A DNA stretch of 64,000 bases. Origin: Clostridiales bacterium UBA1206 (GTDB taxonomy: Bacteria; Bacillota; Clostridia; Oscillospirales; CAG-382). Positions within the stretch are counted from its first letter, which is position 1. Each line of letters begins with the position of its first letter. A program made the translations under genes and the position numbers. Below the pieces are notes generated by a model. The model made no database searches. It was not told the DNA's origin and saw nothing but the letters and a program-made list of their open reading frames with translations. Where the stretch lies: contig DBXS01000026.1 of the NCBI GenBank assembly GCA_002310055.1, positions 54,135-118,134 of the forward strand, in the 5' to 3' direction. Positions 50,617-60,290 of the stretch are shown in pieces.

Positions 50617-50885
50617 TTTTCAGAATCATCCTTTGCATCGTTTATTTAGTTTATATTATCACTTACGCCCTCAAAAGTGTTTAACATTGTGTTAATTATT
50701 CGCTTATTTCAGAATAAAAAAGCGTATCGCGGCACGGGTTTGTTCCCGCGCTTTGAACGCGTTTGTGAACCTGTGCGCGGCGGAGAAGAGAGCGTATACG
50801 CGCGCCCGTTCTGACCCGTGCTGTACGTCTTAAACAAATAAGAAAGAAATTCAAAAAATCGCACAGAAATATTTACCGATTTATA

Positions 50886-50914
50886 TTGACAAAACCAAAC
50901 AAAAATTGTATTAT
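50886..50914 (+). promoter_or_regulatory. sigma-A-type promoter of the pot operon
   Basis: TTGACA (50886..50891), a 17-nt spacer, then TATTAT (50909..50914). Confidence 0.7.
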
Positions 50915-50964
50915 TATATATCTGCATAATGAAGCAGTCCGTGCAAAATTGAGGAGGATGATAA

Positions 50965-52083
50965 ATGGAAAATACCCTTTTGCGTCTGGAGAACATTTCA
51001 GTACGTTTTGACGGAGAACCGATCCTTAACAATATCGATCTCGATATCAAAGATAAGGAGTTCGTGACTCTGCTCGGTCCTTCCGGCTGCGGCAAGACCA
51101 CCACGCTTCGCATAATAGGCGGTTTTGTCACGCCCGATTCGGGTTCGGTCTATTTCAACGGCAAGCTTATGAACGACGTTCCCGCTTACCGCCGACCCGT
51201 GAACACCATATTCCAGAAATACGCTCTGTTCCCGCATCTCAACGTTTACGAAAACGTGGCGTTCGGTCTGCGCATCAAAAAGTGCCCCGAAAAAGAGATC
51301 CGCGAGACCGTGAACAGAATGCTTTCGATAGTCAACCTCAACGGTTTCAACAAGCGCAGCGTGACCTCGCTTTCGGGCGGTCAGCAGCAGCGCGTCGCCA
51401 TTGCGCGCGCGCTCGCGGTCAGCCCCAAGCTGCTGCTCCTAGACGAGCCTCTGGGAGCGCTCGACCTTAAACTGCGCAAGGATATGCAGGTGGAACTGAA
51501 AAACATCCAGCAGCGAATGGGCATAACGTTCATTTACGTCACCCACGATCAGGAAGAAGCCCTCTCTATGTCCGACACCGTCGTCGTAATGGATAACGGC
51601 AACATCCAGCAGATCGGCACGCCGCTCGATATATACAACGAACCCAAAAACGCTTTCGTCGCCGATTTCATAGGCGAAAGCAACATACTCGACGGCGTCA
51701 TGCGCGAAGATTACTGCGTCACGTTCGCCGGCCATACCTTCAAGTGCCTCGACAAAGGTTTCGGCGTAAACGAACCGGTCGACGTCGTGGTGCGCCCGGA
51801 AGACCTTGACGTCGTCCCCAAGGAGCAGGGAATGCTCGTGGGCGAAGTCACCTCGGTCACCTTCAAAGGTGTCCATTTCGAGATCATCGTCGACATCCGC
51901 GGCTTTAAGTGGATGATCCAGACCACCGATTATTATCCTGTCGGCAGCACCATAGGACTCACTATGACTCCCGACGATATCCATATAATGAAAAAATCGG
52001 AATACTCCGGCAAATTCGGCGACTACAGTTCTTACAGCGACGAACTTGACGAGCTTTCCGAGAACAAAGAGGCGGAAGAATGA
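50965..52083 (+). CDS. potA: spermidine/putrescine ABC transporter ATP-binding protein
   Basis: Motifs [35 protein letters not shown] and [11 protein letters not shown], with a C-terminal TOBE-like domain. GAGGAGG RBS. Confidence 0.85.
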   Translation: MENTLLRLENISVRFDGEPILNNIDLDIKDKEFVTLLGPSGCGKTTTLRIIGGFVTPDSGSVYFNGKLMNDVPAYRRPVNTIFQKYALFPHLNVYENVAFGLRIKKCPEKEIRETVNRMLSIVNLNGFNKRSVTSLSGGQQQRVAIARALAVSPKLLLLDEPLGALDLKLRKDMQVELKNIQQRMGITFIYVTHDQEEALSMSDTVVVMDNGNIQQIGTPLDIYNEPKNAFVADFIGESNILDGVMREDYCVTFAGHTFKCLDKGFGVNEPVDVVVRPEDLDVVPKEQGMLVGEVTSVTFKGVHFEIIVDIRGFKWMIQTTDYYPVGSTIGLTMTPDDIHIMKKSEYSGKFGDYSSYSDELDELSENKEAEE

Positions 52084-52922
52084 ACGGAACGAACAGAACT
52101 TGGCTTCAGAAATACGCCGCCTCGCCGTACCTGGTATGGTGCGTCATATTCGTGCTCGCTCCACTCGCATTTGTCATTTACTATTCGCTTACCGACAGAA
52201 ACGGCAATTTCGGGTTTGCGAACTACGCGCGTATGTTCAACGGCGACACGCTCCACGTCTTCCTCATCTCGCTGGCGTTCGCGTTCGTTTCCACCGTGAT
52301 CTGCCTTATCATCGCGTATCCGCTCGCATATTTCATCACCAAGGCAAAGAAAAAGCACCAGAATATGCTGCTTATGCTGTTTATGCTGCCTATGTGGATG
52401 AACTTCGTGCTGCGCACCTACGCGCTCTCGTTCCTGCTCGAAGACACCGGACTTATAAACAGCATCCTCAAATCCATCGGATTCGGACAGGTCAAGCTCA
52501 TCTACACATCGGGCGCCGTCATACTCGGTATGGTGTATAACTTCCTGCCGTATATGCTGCTGCCCATCTACACGGTGATGAGCAAGATCGACAAAAACCT
52601 TATAGAAGCTTCCGAAGACCTCGGCTGCAACCGCCTTATGACGATAGGGAAGATACTGCTGCCGCTGTCGATCCCCGGCATTGTGTCGGGCATAACGATG
52701 GTGTTCGTACCCAGCGTTTCTACGTTTTATATCTCGCAGCAGCTCGGACCGACCGACTTTATGTTGATAGGCGACCTTATAGAAAGCGAGATCAAATCGA
52801 CCGCCGGCGTCTATAACTACGGCTCGGCGATCTCGTTCGTGCTTATGGTGCTGATATTCATCTGCATAGCCGTGATGAACCACTTCTCGGACGAAAGCGT
52901 GGAAGGAGGTATGCTGGTATGA
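52080..52922 (+). CDS. potB: spermidine/putrescine ABC transporter permease
   Basis: 6-TM permease with EAA loop [24 protein letters not shown] overlap with potA. Confidence 0.85.
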   Translation: MNGTNRTWLQKYAASPYLVWCVIFVLAPLAFVIYYSLTDRNGNFGFANYARMFNGDTLHVFLISLAFAFVSTVICLIIAYPLAYFITKAKKKHQNMLLMLFMLPMWMNFVLRTYALSFLLEDTGLINSILKSIGFGQVKLIYTSGAVILGMVYNFLPYMLLPIYTVMSKIDKNLIEASEDLGCNRLMTIGKILLPLSIPGIVSGITMVFVPSVSTFYISQQLGPTDFMLIGDLIESEIKSTAGVYNYGSAISFVLMVLIFICIAVMNHFSDESVEGGMLV

Positions 52923-53728
52923 ATAAAGAACGCAACATTGCGGGAAAAATCTATATCGCCGTCATTTTCGTCATACTCTACGCTCCCATCGCGGTGATGA
53001 TCTTTTTCTCGTTCAACTCTTCCAACAGTATGTCCGAATTCAGCGGATTTTCCTTCCGCTGGTACAACGAGCTTTTCCATAACAAGGACGCGGGTCAGGC
53101 GCTGCTCAATTCGCTTATACTCGCGGTCTCGTCCTCGGTGATTTCCACCGTGCTCGGCACCGCCGCGGCGCTCGGGATCCACAGTATGCGTTCCAAGCGT
53201 ATGAAAAAGGTGATAATGAACGTCACCAACCTTCCGCTCATGAACCCCGATATCGTGACCGGCGTTTCGATGATGCTGCTTTTCGCCTTTGTGGCGGGCC
53301 TGCTCCACAGCCTGCATATGTTCGGCTTCTGGACTCTGCTCATAGCTCACGTCACGTTCAATATGCCGTACGTCATACTCAACGTTATGCCCAAGCTCAA
53401 GCAGATGGACAAGAGTCTGCCCGAGGCCGCTATGGATCTCGGCTGCACTCCGTTCAAAGCGTTCACCAAGGTGGAATTTTTCGAGATCCTGCCGGGCATC
53501 GCTTCCGGTCTGCTTATGGCGTTCACGCTTTCGCTCGACGATTTCGTAATAAGTTATTTCGTCACCGGCGAATCATTCCAGACGCTCCCCGTTTTCATAT
53601 ACTCTATGACCAAAAAACGCGTCGTGCCTTATATCAACGCGCTGTTCGCGATAATTTTCGTGGTCATATTCATCCTGCTGCTCGTGCGCAATTTTATGTC
53701 AAAGGAAAACAAGCAGGCGGCAAAATAA
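52919..53728 (+). CDS. potC: spermidine/putrescine ABC transporter permease
   Basis: EAA loop EAAMDLGCTPFKAFTKVEF. ATGA overlap with potB. Confidence 0.85.
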   Translation: MNKERNIAGKIYIAVIFVILYAPIAVMIFFSFNSSNSMSEFSGFSFRWYNELFHNKDAGQALLNSLILAVSSSVISTVLGTAAALGIHSMRSKRMKKVIMNVTNLPLMNPDIVTGVSMMLLFAFVAGLLHSLHMFGFWTLLIAHVTFNMPYVILNVMPKLKQMDKSLPEAAMDLGCTPFKAFTKVEFFEILPGIASGLLMAFTLSLDDFVISYFVTGESFQTLPVFIYSMTKKRVVPYINALFAIIFVVIFILLLVRNFMSKENKQAAK

Positions 53729-53755
53729 TTCAAGCATTATCCCAGAGGTAAACCG

Positions 53756-55276
53756 ATGAAAATAAACAAGTTTCTTGTGTTTGTCATAATCGCGCTCGCC
53801 GCGTCGCTCGCAGTACTGCTTGCGCTCGCGGTAAAAGGCAGCGACGCCAGGACAGGCCCTGAAAACAGCTCGACCGGTCAGGAAAGCGGAACGGTTTCCG
53901 GCGACGAGCATATAACTTTCCCCAAAGAGATCAATATCGTATCGCTCGTCGTATCCGACCGCGATCCGCTCGAACCCGGCGATTTCGTCAGCGCACCCGC
54001 CGGCATCGACTACACCGTGGAATACGCCAAAGCGCCCGACCTTTCGGTGCGCGGATGGCAGGACATCGTGCTACGCTTCCACTATAAGGGCAACCTTTTC
54101 CAGCGTTCGGCAAAAGTTTACGCGTTCCATATCGAAACCGAGCGGACTTACGAGCTCGCTTCCTACGGCACGGTCGCTATCAGCGATTTCATCGACGACG
54201 GCGGCGTCAGCGCCGTGTTCGCCGAACCCGCGTCGCCCTCGCTGAATCTTTCGGTGCCGGGCAAACGCAGCGTGAATATCGCCGTCAACGACAGATATTA
54301 CAGCGTCACCATCAACGTGACCGACACCACGCCGCCCGCGGCGACCCCCGTCGAACAGACGGTGACGGTAGGGGAGACCCTGCCGGCTTCTGCATTCGTC
54401 GTAAACGTAACGGACGCCAGCCGCGTTGAAACGGTCTTCGAGACCGAACCGCAGTGGAACGTCAAAGGCGACCACGCCGTGACCGTCATACTGACAGATC
54501 TCTACGGCAACCGCTCCAGCTACAGCACCGTCCTTCACGTGGGCGATAAGACCGGATATCCCGTTTTTGCGGGACTCGACACAATTAAGATCTGCGAAGG
54601 CGACACCATCTCCTACCGTTCCGGCGTCACCTGCACCGACGAAAAAGGCAACAGCGTGGCGTTCACCATCGACGTTTCGGGCGTCGACCGCAACAGGCAG
54701 GGAACTTATCAGGCGGTATATACCGCCACCGATTCTGCGGGCAACACCGCGCAGAAGACGCGCACCGTCATAGTCAAAGCCATCACCAAGGAGCTGGTCG
54801 ACGAACTGTGCGACAAGATACTCGCCGAAATAATCAAGGATTCCTATTCCACCGACGACAAGATAAAAGCGGTATGGCGCTGGACCAAGCAGAACATCAC
54901 TTACGTCGGCACCAGCGTTTCGTACGAAGACGAACTGCGGGTCGCATACGCCGCGTTCGAGACCCACTCCGGCGACTGCTACACCTACTATATTTCCAAC
55001 AAATATATGCTCGACAGGCTCGGCATACCGAATATCGAAGTCAAAAGAGTCGCCAGCGTGACGCGCCACTGGTGGAACCTCGTCAAGTTTTCCAACGGCA
55101 AATGGTATCATATAGATTCCTGCGCGCACCCCGCGTCGCTCGACAGGTCGACTTACAAAATGACCGAATCCGACCTCAAATGGTTCACCGAGCAGTTCAA
55201 GACCTCGCGCCACCCGAACTATTACGAATACGACCACTCGCTCCCCATCTACGACGGGATCAATATCGCTCAGTGA
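53756..55276 (+). CDS. membrane-anchored protein with Ig-like (DUF5011-type) domains and C-terminal transglutaminase-like Cys-protease core
   Basis: N-terminal TM FLVFVIIALAASLAVLLALAV. Ig-like module GTYQAVYTATDSAGNTAQKTRTVIV. C/H/D core: HSGDCYTYY, HWWNLVKF, WYHIDS. Confidence 0.7.
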   Translation: MKINKFLVFVIIALAASLAVLLALAVKGSDARTGPENSSTGQESGTVSGDEHITFPKEINIVSLVVSDRDPLEPGDFVSAPAGIDYTVEYAKAPDLSVRGWQDIVLRFHYKGNLFQRSAKVYAFHIETERTYELASYGTVAISDFIDDGGVSAVFAEPASPSLNLSVPGKRSVNIAVNDRYYSVTINVTDTTPPAATPVEQTVTVGETLPASAFVVNVTDASRVETVFETEPQWNVKGDHAVTVILTDLYGNRSSYSTVLHVGDKTGYPVFAGLDTIKICEGDTISYRSGVTCTDEKGNSVAFTIDVSGVDRNRQGTYQAVYTATDSAGNTAQKTRTVIVKAITKELVDELCDKILAEIIKDSYSTDDKIKAVWRWTKQNITYVGTSVSYEDELRVAYAAFETHSGDCYTYYISNKYMLDRLGIPNIEVKRVASVTRHWWNLVKFSNGKWYHIDSCAHPASLDRSTYKMTESDLKWFTEQFKTSRHPNYYEYDHSLPIYDGINIAQ

Positions 55277-55297
55277 GCGCACTTCAGGAGGCAACAG

Positions 55298-56827
55298 TTG
55301 AAAAACGTTCTTGAATATCTTGAAAACACCCTGCCTTCGAGCGCCGCAAAGGTTTGCTACCGCGACAAAAAGACTTCCGTCACCTTTGAGGAAGTCTATA
55401 CCGCAGCAAGGGCGATAGGCACTTTCATAGCGCGCAAGACCGGCGGCAGACGCGTTCCGGTCGTAGTCTTTATGCCTAAAAAAGTCCAGACCGTCGTCGC
55501 CTTCTTAGGCGCCGCGTATTCCGGCTGCTATTACGTCCCGATGGATTCCGAAATGCCCGCTTCGCGCATCGAACTCATTTTCGGCAATCTGCGCGATTTC
55601 ATAATCATTGCCGACAAAAGCGTCACGGCGGCGATAGAAAAGATGGGCTATTCCGACAGGTCGTATCTCTACGAAGAAGCCGCGGAATGCGATACCGACG
55701 ACGCGCTTCTCGCAAGGATAAGGGAAAAGCAGATCGACACCGACCCGCTCTATATCGTTTTCACGTCCGGCTCGACCGGCGCGCCCAAAGGCGTCTGCGC
55801 CTGCCACAGATCTGTCATAGATTATATCGAACAGCTTTCCAAGGTGCTTAAAGTCGACAAAGACACCGTCTTCGGCAACCAGTCGCCGCTTTATACCGAC
55901 GCCTGCCTCAAAGAGATATATCCCACGCTGAAATTCGGCGCGCAGGCGGTATTCATCCCCAAAATGCTGTTCTCGTTCCCTGTCAGGCTCATAGAATTCC
56001 TGAATGAATATAAGATAAACACCGTGTGCTGGGTCGCTTCGGCGCTTTCTATAGTTTCGGGGCTCGGCACGTTCGACACCGTCCGCCCCGAGCATCTTCG
56101 CACCGTGGCGTTCGGCTCCGAGGTGTTCCCCATAAAGCAGTTCAACAAATGGCGCGCGGTCCTTCCCGCGGCGCGTTTCATCAACCTTTACGGCCCCACG
56201 GAATGCACCGGGATGTCGTGCTATTACGAAGTCGACAGGGAATTCGCCGAGACCGACGCCATCCCAATCGGCAGACCTTTCGACAACACCGAGATCATTC
56301 TGCTCGGCGACGATAAAAAAGAAGTGGCGTTTGGTGACGTCGGCGAGATATGCATCCGCGGCACCTGCGTCACCCACGGGTATTACAACAATCCCGAAAA
56401 GACCGCCGAATGCTTTATACAGAACCCGCTTCAAAGCAATTATCCCGAACTCATCTACTGCACCGGCGACCTTGCAAAATACAACGAAAAAGGCGAACTC
56501 GTTTTCGTTTCGCGCAAGGATTACCAGATCAAGCATATGGGCTACCGCATAGAGCTCGGCGAAATAGAGATCGCCGCCGGCATAATGCAGAACGTCGCGA
56601 TGACCGCGGCGATATACTTAAAGGATAAACAGCAGATCATCCTTTTCTACACCGGCTCCGCCGAAAAAGACGACCTGCTCGCATATCTGAAGGAAAAGCT
56701 CCCGCGCTATATGATCCCCGCCGATATCGTGAGACTCGCTTTCCTGCCTCAGACCGCGAACGGCAAGATCGACCGTGTGACGCTCACCAAAAACTACACC
56801 GAACAACTCACCCGTACGGAGGAATAA
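55298..56827 (+). CDS. DltA-like carrier-protein ligase (stand-alone adenylation domain)
   Basis: TTG start after CAGGAGG. A-domain cores: IVFTSGSTGAPKG, YGPTE, GEICIRG, YCTGDLA, SRKDYQIKHMGYRIELGEIE, LPRYMIP, NGKIDR. Confidence 0.8.
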   Translation: MKNVLEYLENTLPSSAAKVCYRDKKTSVTFEEVYTAARAIGTFIARKTGGRRVPVVVFMPKKVQTVVAFLGAAYSGCYYVPMDSEMPASRIELIFGNLRDFIIIADKSVTAAIEKMGYSDRSYLYEEAAECDTDDALLARIREKQIDTDPLYIVFTSGSTGAPKGVCACHRSVIDYIEQLSKVLKVDKDTVFGNQSPLYTDACLKEIYPTLKFGAQAVFIPKMLFSFPVRLIEFLNEYKINTVCWVASALSIVSGLGTFDTVRPEHLRTVAFGSEVFPIKQFNKWRAVLPAARFINLYGPTECTGMSCYYEVDREFAETDAIPIGRPFDNTEIILLGDDKKEVAFGDVGEICIRGTCVTHGYYNNPEKTAECFIQNPLQSNYPELIYCTGDLAKYNEKGELVFVSRKDYQIKHMGYRIELGEIEIAAGIMQNVAMTAAIYLKDKQQIILFYTGSAEKDDLLAYLKEKLPRYMIPADIVRLAFLPQTANGKIDRVTLTKNYTEQLTRTEE

Positions 56828-56830
56828 ACA

Positions 56831-57055
56831 ATGGATAAAATCATCGAAATGCTGCTTCAGCTCCACCCCGATCTCGACGTCGAATGCGATTCGCTCGTCG
56901 ACGACGGTATCCTCAATTCCATAGACGTCGTTACGCTCGTCACCGAGATATTCAACGAATTCGACGTCACCGTCCCCGCCAGCGAAATAGTGCCCGAAAA
57001 CTTCAATTCGGCAAGCGCCATCTGGGAGATGGTCAGCTCGCTGATGGATGAATGA
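56831..57055 (+). CDS. DltC-like acyl/aminoacyl carrier protein
   Basis: 74 aa. Candidate phosphopantetheine site DDGILNSIDVVTLV. GGAGGA RBS. Confidence 0.75.
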   Translation: MDKIIEMLLQLHPDLDVECDSLVDDGILNSIDVVTLVTEIFNEFDVTVPASEIVPENFNSASAIWEMVSSLMDE

Positions 57056-57058
57056 TAA

Positions 57059-58651
57059 ATGGGATTCGTTTCGGTTTGGTTCTTACTGTTCTGCGCCGCG
57101 GCGGTGCTGTTGTATTACGTACTGCCCAAAAAATGGCAATGGCCGCTGCTGCTTACGGCAAGCTGCGCGTTTTACGCGTCGTATGACCTGCGTTATTTCG
57201 GTTTTATAGCCGTAACTACCGTTTCGGTCTATTTCGCCGCCTGCAAGATATCGCAGCTCAGAGCAAAACAGAACGCTTATTTACAAGAACACCCCGAGCT
57301 CGGCAAGGACGAAAAAAAGGCGTATAAGGCAAAAACGAAAAAGAAGACCTGGGCGTGGCTCATAACCTGCCTGCTTCTTAATTTCGGCATCCTTTTCGCA
57401 CTCAAATACATAAATTTCTTCATTGGCAACATAAACGCCATTATAAGCATATTCATCGAATCGAAGATACCCACGTTCGATAAACTCCTGCTCCCGCTGG
57501 GGATATCGTATTATACGTTCAAGACCGCGGGCTATATCATCGACGTGTATTTCGGCAGATACGAAGCCGAACGGAACATCTTCAAGGTCGCGCTGTTCAC
57601 TTCGTTTTTCCCGACGCTGCTCAACGGACCCATAGACCGTTTTCCGCTGACCGCGCCCACGCTGTTCAGCGAGCATTCGTGGGATGAAAAACGCGCCCGC
57701 TTCGCGCTGCAGCGCATACTGTGGGGCTATTTCAAAAAGGTCGTTATCGCCGACCGGCTCGTCGTGGCGGTGATCGCGATAGTTTCGGATCCCGAAAAAT
57801 ATCCGGGTGTGATGGTCGCGTTCGGCGCGCTGCTCTACGCCGCCGAGCTGTACTGCGATTTCACCGGCGGCATAGATATCACCATCGGCGTGGCGAATCT
57901 GTTCGGGGTCGAAGTGAGCGAAAACTTCCTGCGTCCGTTCTTTTCAAAGAATATCGCCGAATACTGGCGCAGATGGCATATCACGCTGGGAACGTGGTTC
58001 AAGGATTACACCTTCTATCCGCTCTGCACCGCAAAGCCGGTGATGAAACTCACCAAATTTGCCAAGAACAAATTCGGCGCGGGCGCGGCGAAGAGAGTGC
58101 CTATATACGTAGCTTCCATAGTGCTTTGGTTCTGCACCGGCGCGTGGCACGGCGCGAGCTGGAACTTTATCCTGTGGGGAATGGGCAACTGTTTCGTCAT
58201 CCTCGTATCGCAGGAACTTACCCCTCTTTATAAACGTTTCCACGCAAAGCATCCGGACATAGATAATAAATGGTATTACAAGACTATGTGCATAGTCAGG
58301 ACCAACGCCATAATGTGCTGCCTGCGCCTGTTCGACTGCTACAAGGACGTTCCCACGACGTTCAAAGCGTTCGGCAGTATGTTCACAAAGCCGTCGTTCA
58401 ATATGTTGAACGGCACAACACTTCTGGACCTGGGGCTTACTGCGGCGGATTACGCCATAGCGTTTGCGGGGATACTCCTTATCTTCGCCGTGAGTATGAT
58501 CCAGCGGCGCGGCAGCGTGCGCGAGATGATCGACAAAAAGGGATTCGCTTTCCGGCTCGCTGTTTTTGCGCTGCTGTTCGCCGTAATAATCGTGTTCGGC
58601 GCGTACGGGCTCGGCTACGATTCCAACAGCTTTATTTACAGCAAGTTTTAA
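57059..58651 (+). CDS. MBOAT-family membrane O-acyltransferase (DltB/AlgI-like, 530 aa)
   Basis: Polytopic. Conserved-His motif YWRRWHITLGTWFKDY, plus GAWHGASWNFILWG. Confidence 0.8.
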   Translation: MGFVSVWFLLFCAAAVLLYYVLPKKWQWPLLLTASCAFYASYDLRYFGFIAVTTVSVYFAACKISQLRAKQNAYLQEHPELGKDEKKAYKAKTKKKTWAWLITCLLLNFGILFALKYINFFIGNINAIISIFIESKIPTFDKLLLPLGISYYTFKTAGYIIDVYFGRYEAERNIFKVALFTSFFPTLLNGPIDRFPLTAPTLFSEHSWDEKRARFALQRILWGYFKKVVIADRLVVAVIAIVSDPEKYPGVMVAFGALLYAAELYCDFTGGIDITIGVANLFGVEVSENFLRPFFSKNIAEYWRRWHITLGTWFKDYTFYPLCTAKPVMKLTKFAKNKFGAGAAKRVPIYVASIVLWFCTGAWHGASWNFILWGMGNCFVILVSQELTPLYKRFHAKHPDIDNKWYYKTMCIVRTNAIMCCLRLFDCYKDVPTTFKAFGSMFTKPSFNMLNGTTLLDLGLTAADYAIAFAGILLIFAVSMIQRRGSVREMIDKKGFAFRLAVFALLFAVIIVFGAYGLGYDSNSFIYSKF

Positions 58652-58666
58652 CGAAAGGTCAAACTG

Positions 58667-59737
58667 ATGAGATCAAAAGTCATATTGCGCGTTCTGATCT
58701 GCGTAATAGTGTTCGTGCTCCTGTTTATCTGCCTGCAGCGGCTGCTTATGCCCAAATACACGCGTGAAGCGGAAGAAGGCAGGCTCACCGCAGAATATTA
58801 CGGCAGCGACAAGAATCACGACGTGCTGTTTATCGGCGACTGCGAAGTCTACGAAAACATCTCGCCCGTCACGCTCTGGCGCGAATACGGGATATCCTCG
58901 TACGTGCGCGGCAGCCCTCAGCAGCTGATATGGCATTCGTACTATATGCTCGAAGACGCATTGAGGTACGAAACGCCCAAGATCGTCGTTTTCAACGTGC
59001 TTTCCATGAAATACGGCGAGCCGCAGAACGAAGCGTACAACCGGCTCGCGCTCGACGGGATGCGCCTTTCTTCCACCAAAATAAACGCGATCAAAGCCTC
59101 GATGAAGAGCGAAGAATCGCTTATGTCGTATATTTTCCCGATCCTGCGCTTCCATTCGCGCTGGAACGAACTCAATTCCGACGATCTCAAGTATATGTTC
59201 TGTTCGCCGCCGCAGCTTTCGGTCGCGGGGTATCTGATGCGAGTCGACTGCCGGCCTCTCAAGACCGATCCGCCCGTTGGACATCAGCTTATGGATTATT
59301 CCTTCGCCGATATCTGCTGGGAATACCTTGAAAAGATACGCACCCTGTGCGAAGAAAACGGCGCAAAGCTCGTGCTTATGAAAGCGCCTACCGTCGCGCC
59401 CTACTGGTATGCGGAATGGGATTCGCAGATAGTGGAATACGCAAACAAGCACGGCCTTGCGTATTATAACTTTTTGAACAGCGTCGCCGAGATCGGCATC
59501 GATTACACCGCCGACACCTACGACGAAGGCCAGCACCTCAACGTGTGGGGCGCGGAAAAACTTTCGAGCTTTTTCGGCAAAGAGCTCGCATCTCTCGGCG
59601 CTCCCGACAGAAGGGGAGAGGCCGATTACGAACAGAGCTGGGCAAAGCTTTGCGAACGTTACGACGAAGTGAAGCAGTACCAGCAAGACATTCTGGAACA
59701 AACCGGTACCATAACGGGATTTCCCGTTCCGGATTGA
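58667..59737 (+). CDS. membrane-anchored SGNH/DltD-like accessory protein (GDC in place of GDS)
   Basis: N-terminal TM segment. Block-I-like VLFIGDCEVY and block-V-like DEGQHLNVWGAEKL. Its position after the MBOAT gene mirrors dltD/algJ. Confidence 0.55.
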   Translation: MRSKVILRVLICVIVFVLLFICLQRLLMPKYTREAEEGRLTAEYYGSDKNHDVLFIGDCEVYENISPVTLWREYGISSYVRGSPQQLIWHSYYMLEDALRYETPKIVVFNVLSMKYGEPQNEAYNRLALDGMRLSSTKINAIKASMKSEESLMSYIFPILRFHSRWNELNSDDLKYMFCSPPQLSVAGYLMRVDCRPLKTDPPVGHQLMDYSFADICWEYLEKIRTLCEENGAKLVLMKAPTVAPYWYAEWDSQIVEYANKHGLAYYNFLNSVAEIGIDYTADTYDEGQHLNVWGAEKLSSFFGKELASLGAPDRRGEADYEQSWAKLCERYDEVKQYQQDILEQTGTITGFPVPD

Positions 59738-59756
59738 TATATAAAGGGGGATTTTT

Positions 59757-60290
59757 ATGAAAAAAACACTTTTGATCCTTTTGCTCGCGGCAGCCGTATG
59801 TTTGATGGCCGCCTGCAATTCCGGCGAAAATGAAAGCAAGCCGGAGCCTGCTTCGACCGAGGTATCGGGAAATACCGCCGAACACACGCCCACGGGTTAT
59901 CTGTTTGAATCCAACGGCGTCACGTTCGGCGTGGGAAGCGCCGCCGCCGACGTTATCGACAAACTCGGCGCGCAGACGGGCGAGCCCTACACTTCCAACA
60001 GCTGCGCGTTCAACGGCAAAGACACCGTCTATTATTTCGGCAGCTTCGAAGTTTCGGCAAACGACGAGACGGGCGATTTCGTGATATACAGCGTATATCT
60101 CAAAGACGATTCCGTTTCGACTAAAGAAGGCGCATATATCGGTATGACACCCGAAGAAGTCAAAGCCATCTACGGCGAACCCGCGGAAAGCTCAGACGGC
60201 GGTTTTTCGTACGTCAAAGAGGGAATGAAACTCAATTTCTTCCTCAAGGACGGCGCAGTTTCCGCCATCAGCTATTACGTAAATAATTAA
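59757..60290 (+). CDS. hypothetical lipoprotein
   Basis: Lipobox LMAACNS. AAGGGGGA RBS. I recognise no family. Confidence 0.6.
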   Translation: MKKTLLILLLAAAVCLMAACNSGENESKPEPASTEVSGNTAEHTPTGYLFESNGVTFGVGSAAADVIDKLGAQTGEPYTSNSCAFNGKDTVYYFGSFEVSANDETGDFVIYSVYLKDDSVSTKEGAYIGMTPEEVKAIYGEPAESSDGGFSYVKEGMKLNFFLKDGAVSAISYYVNN

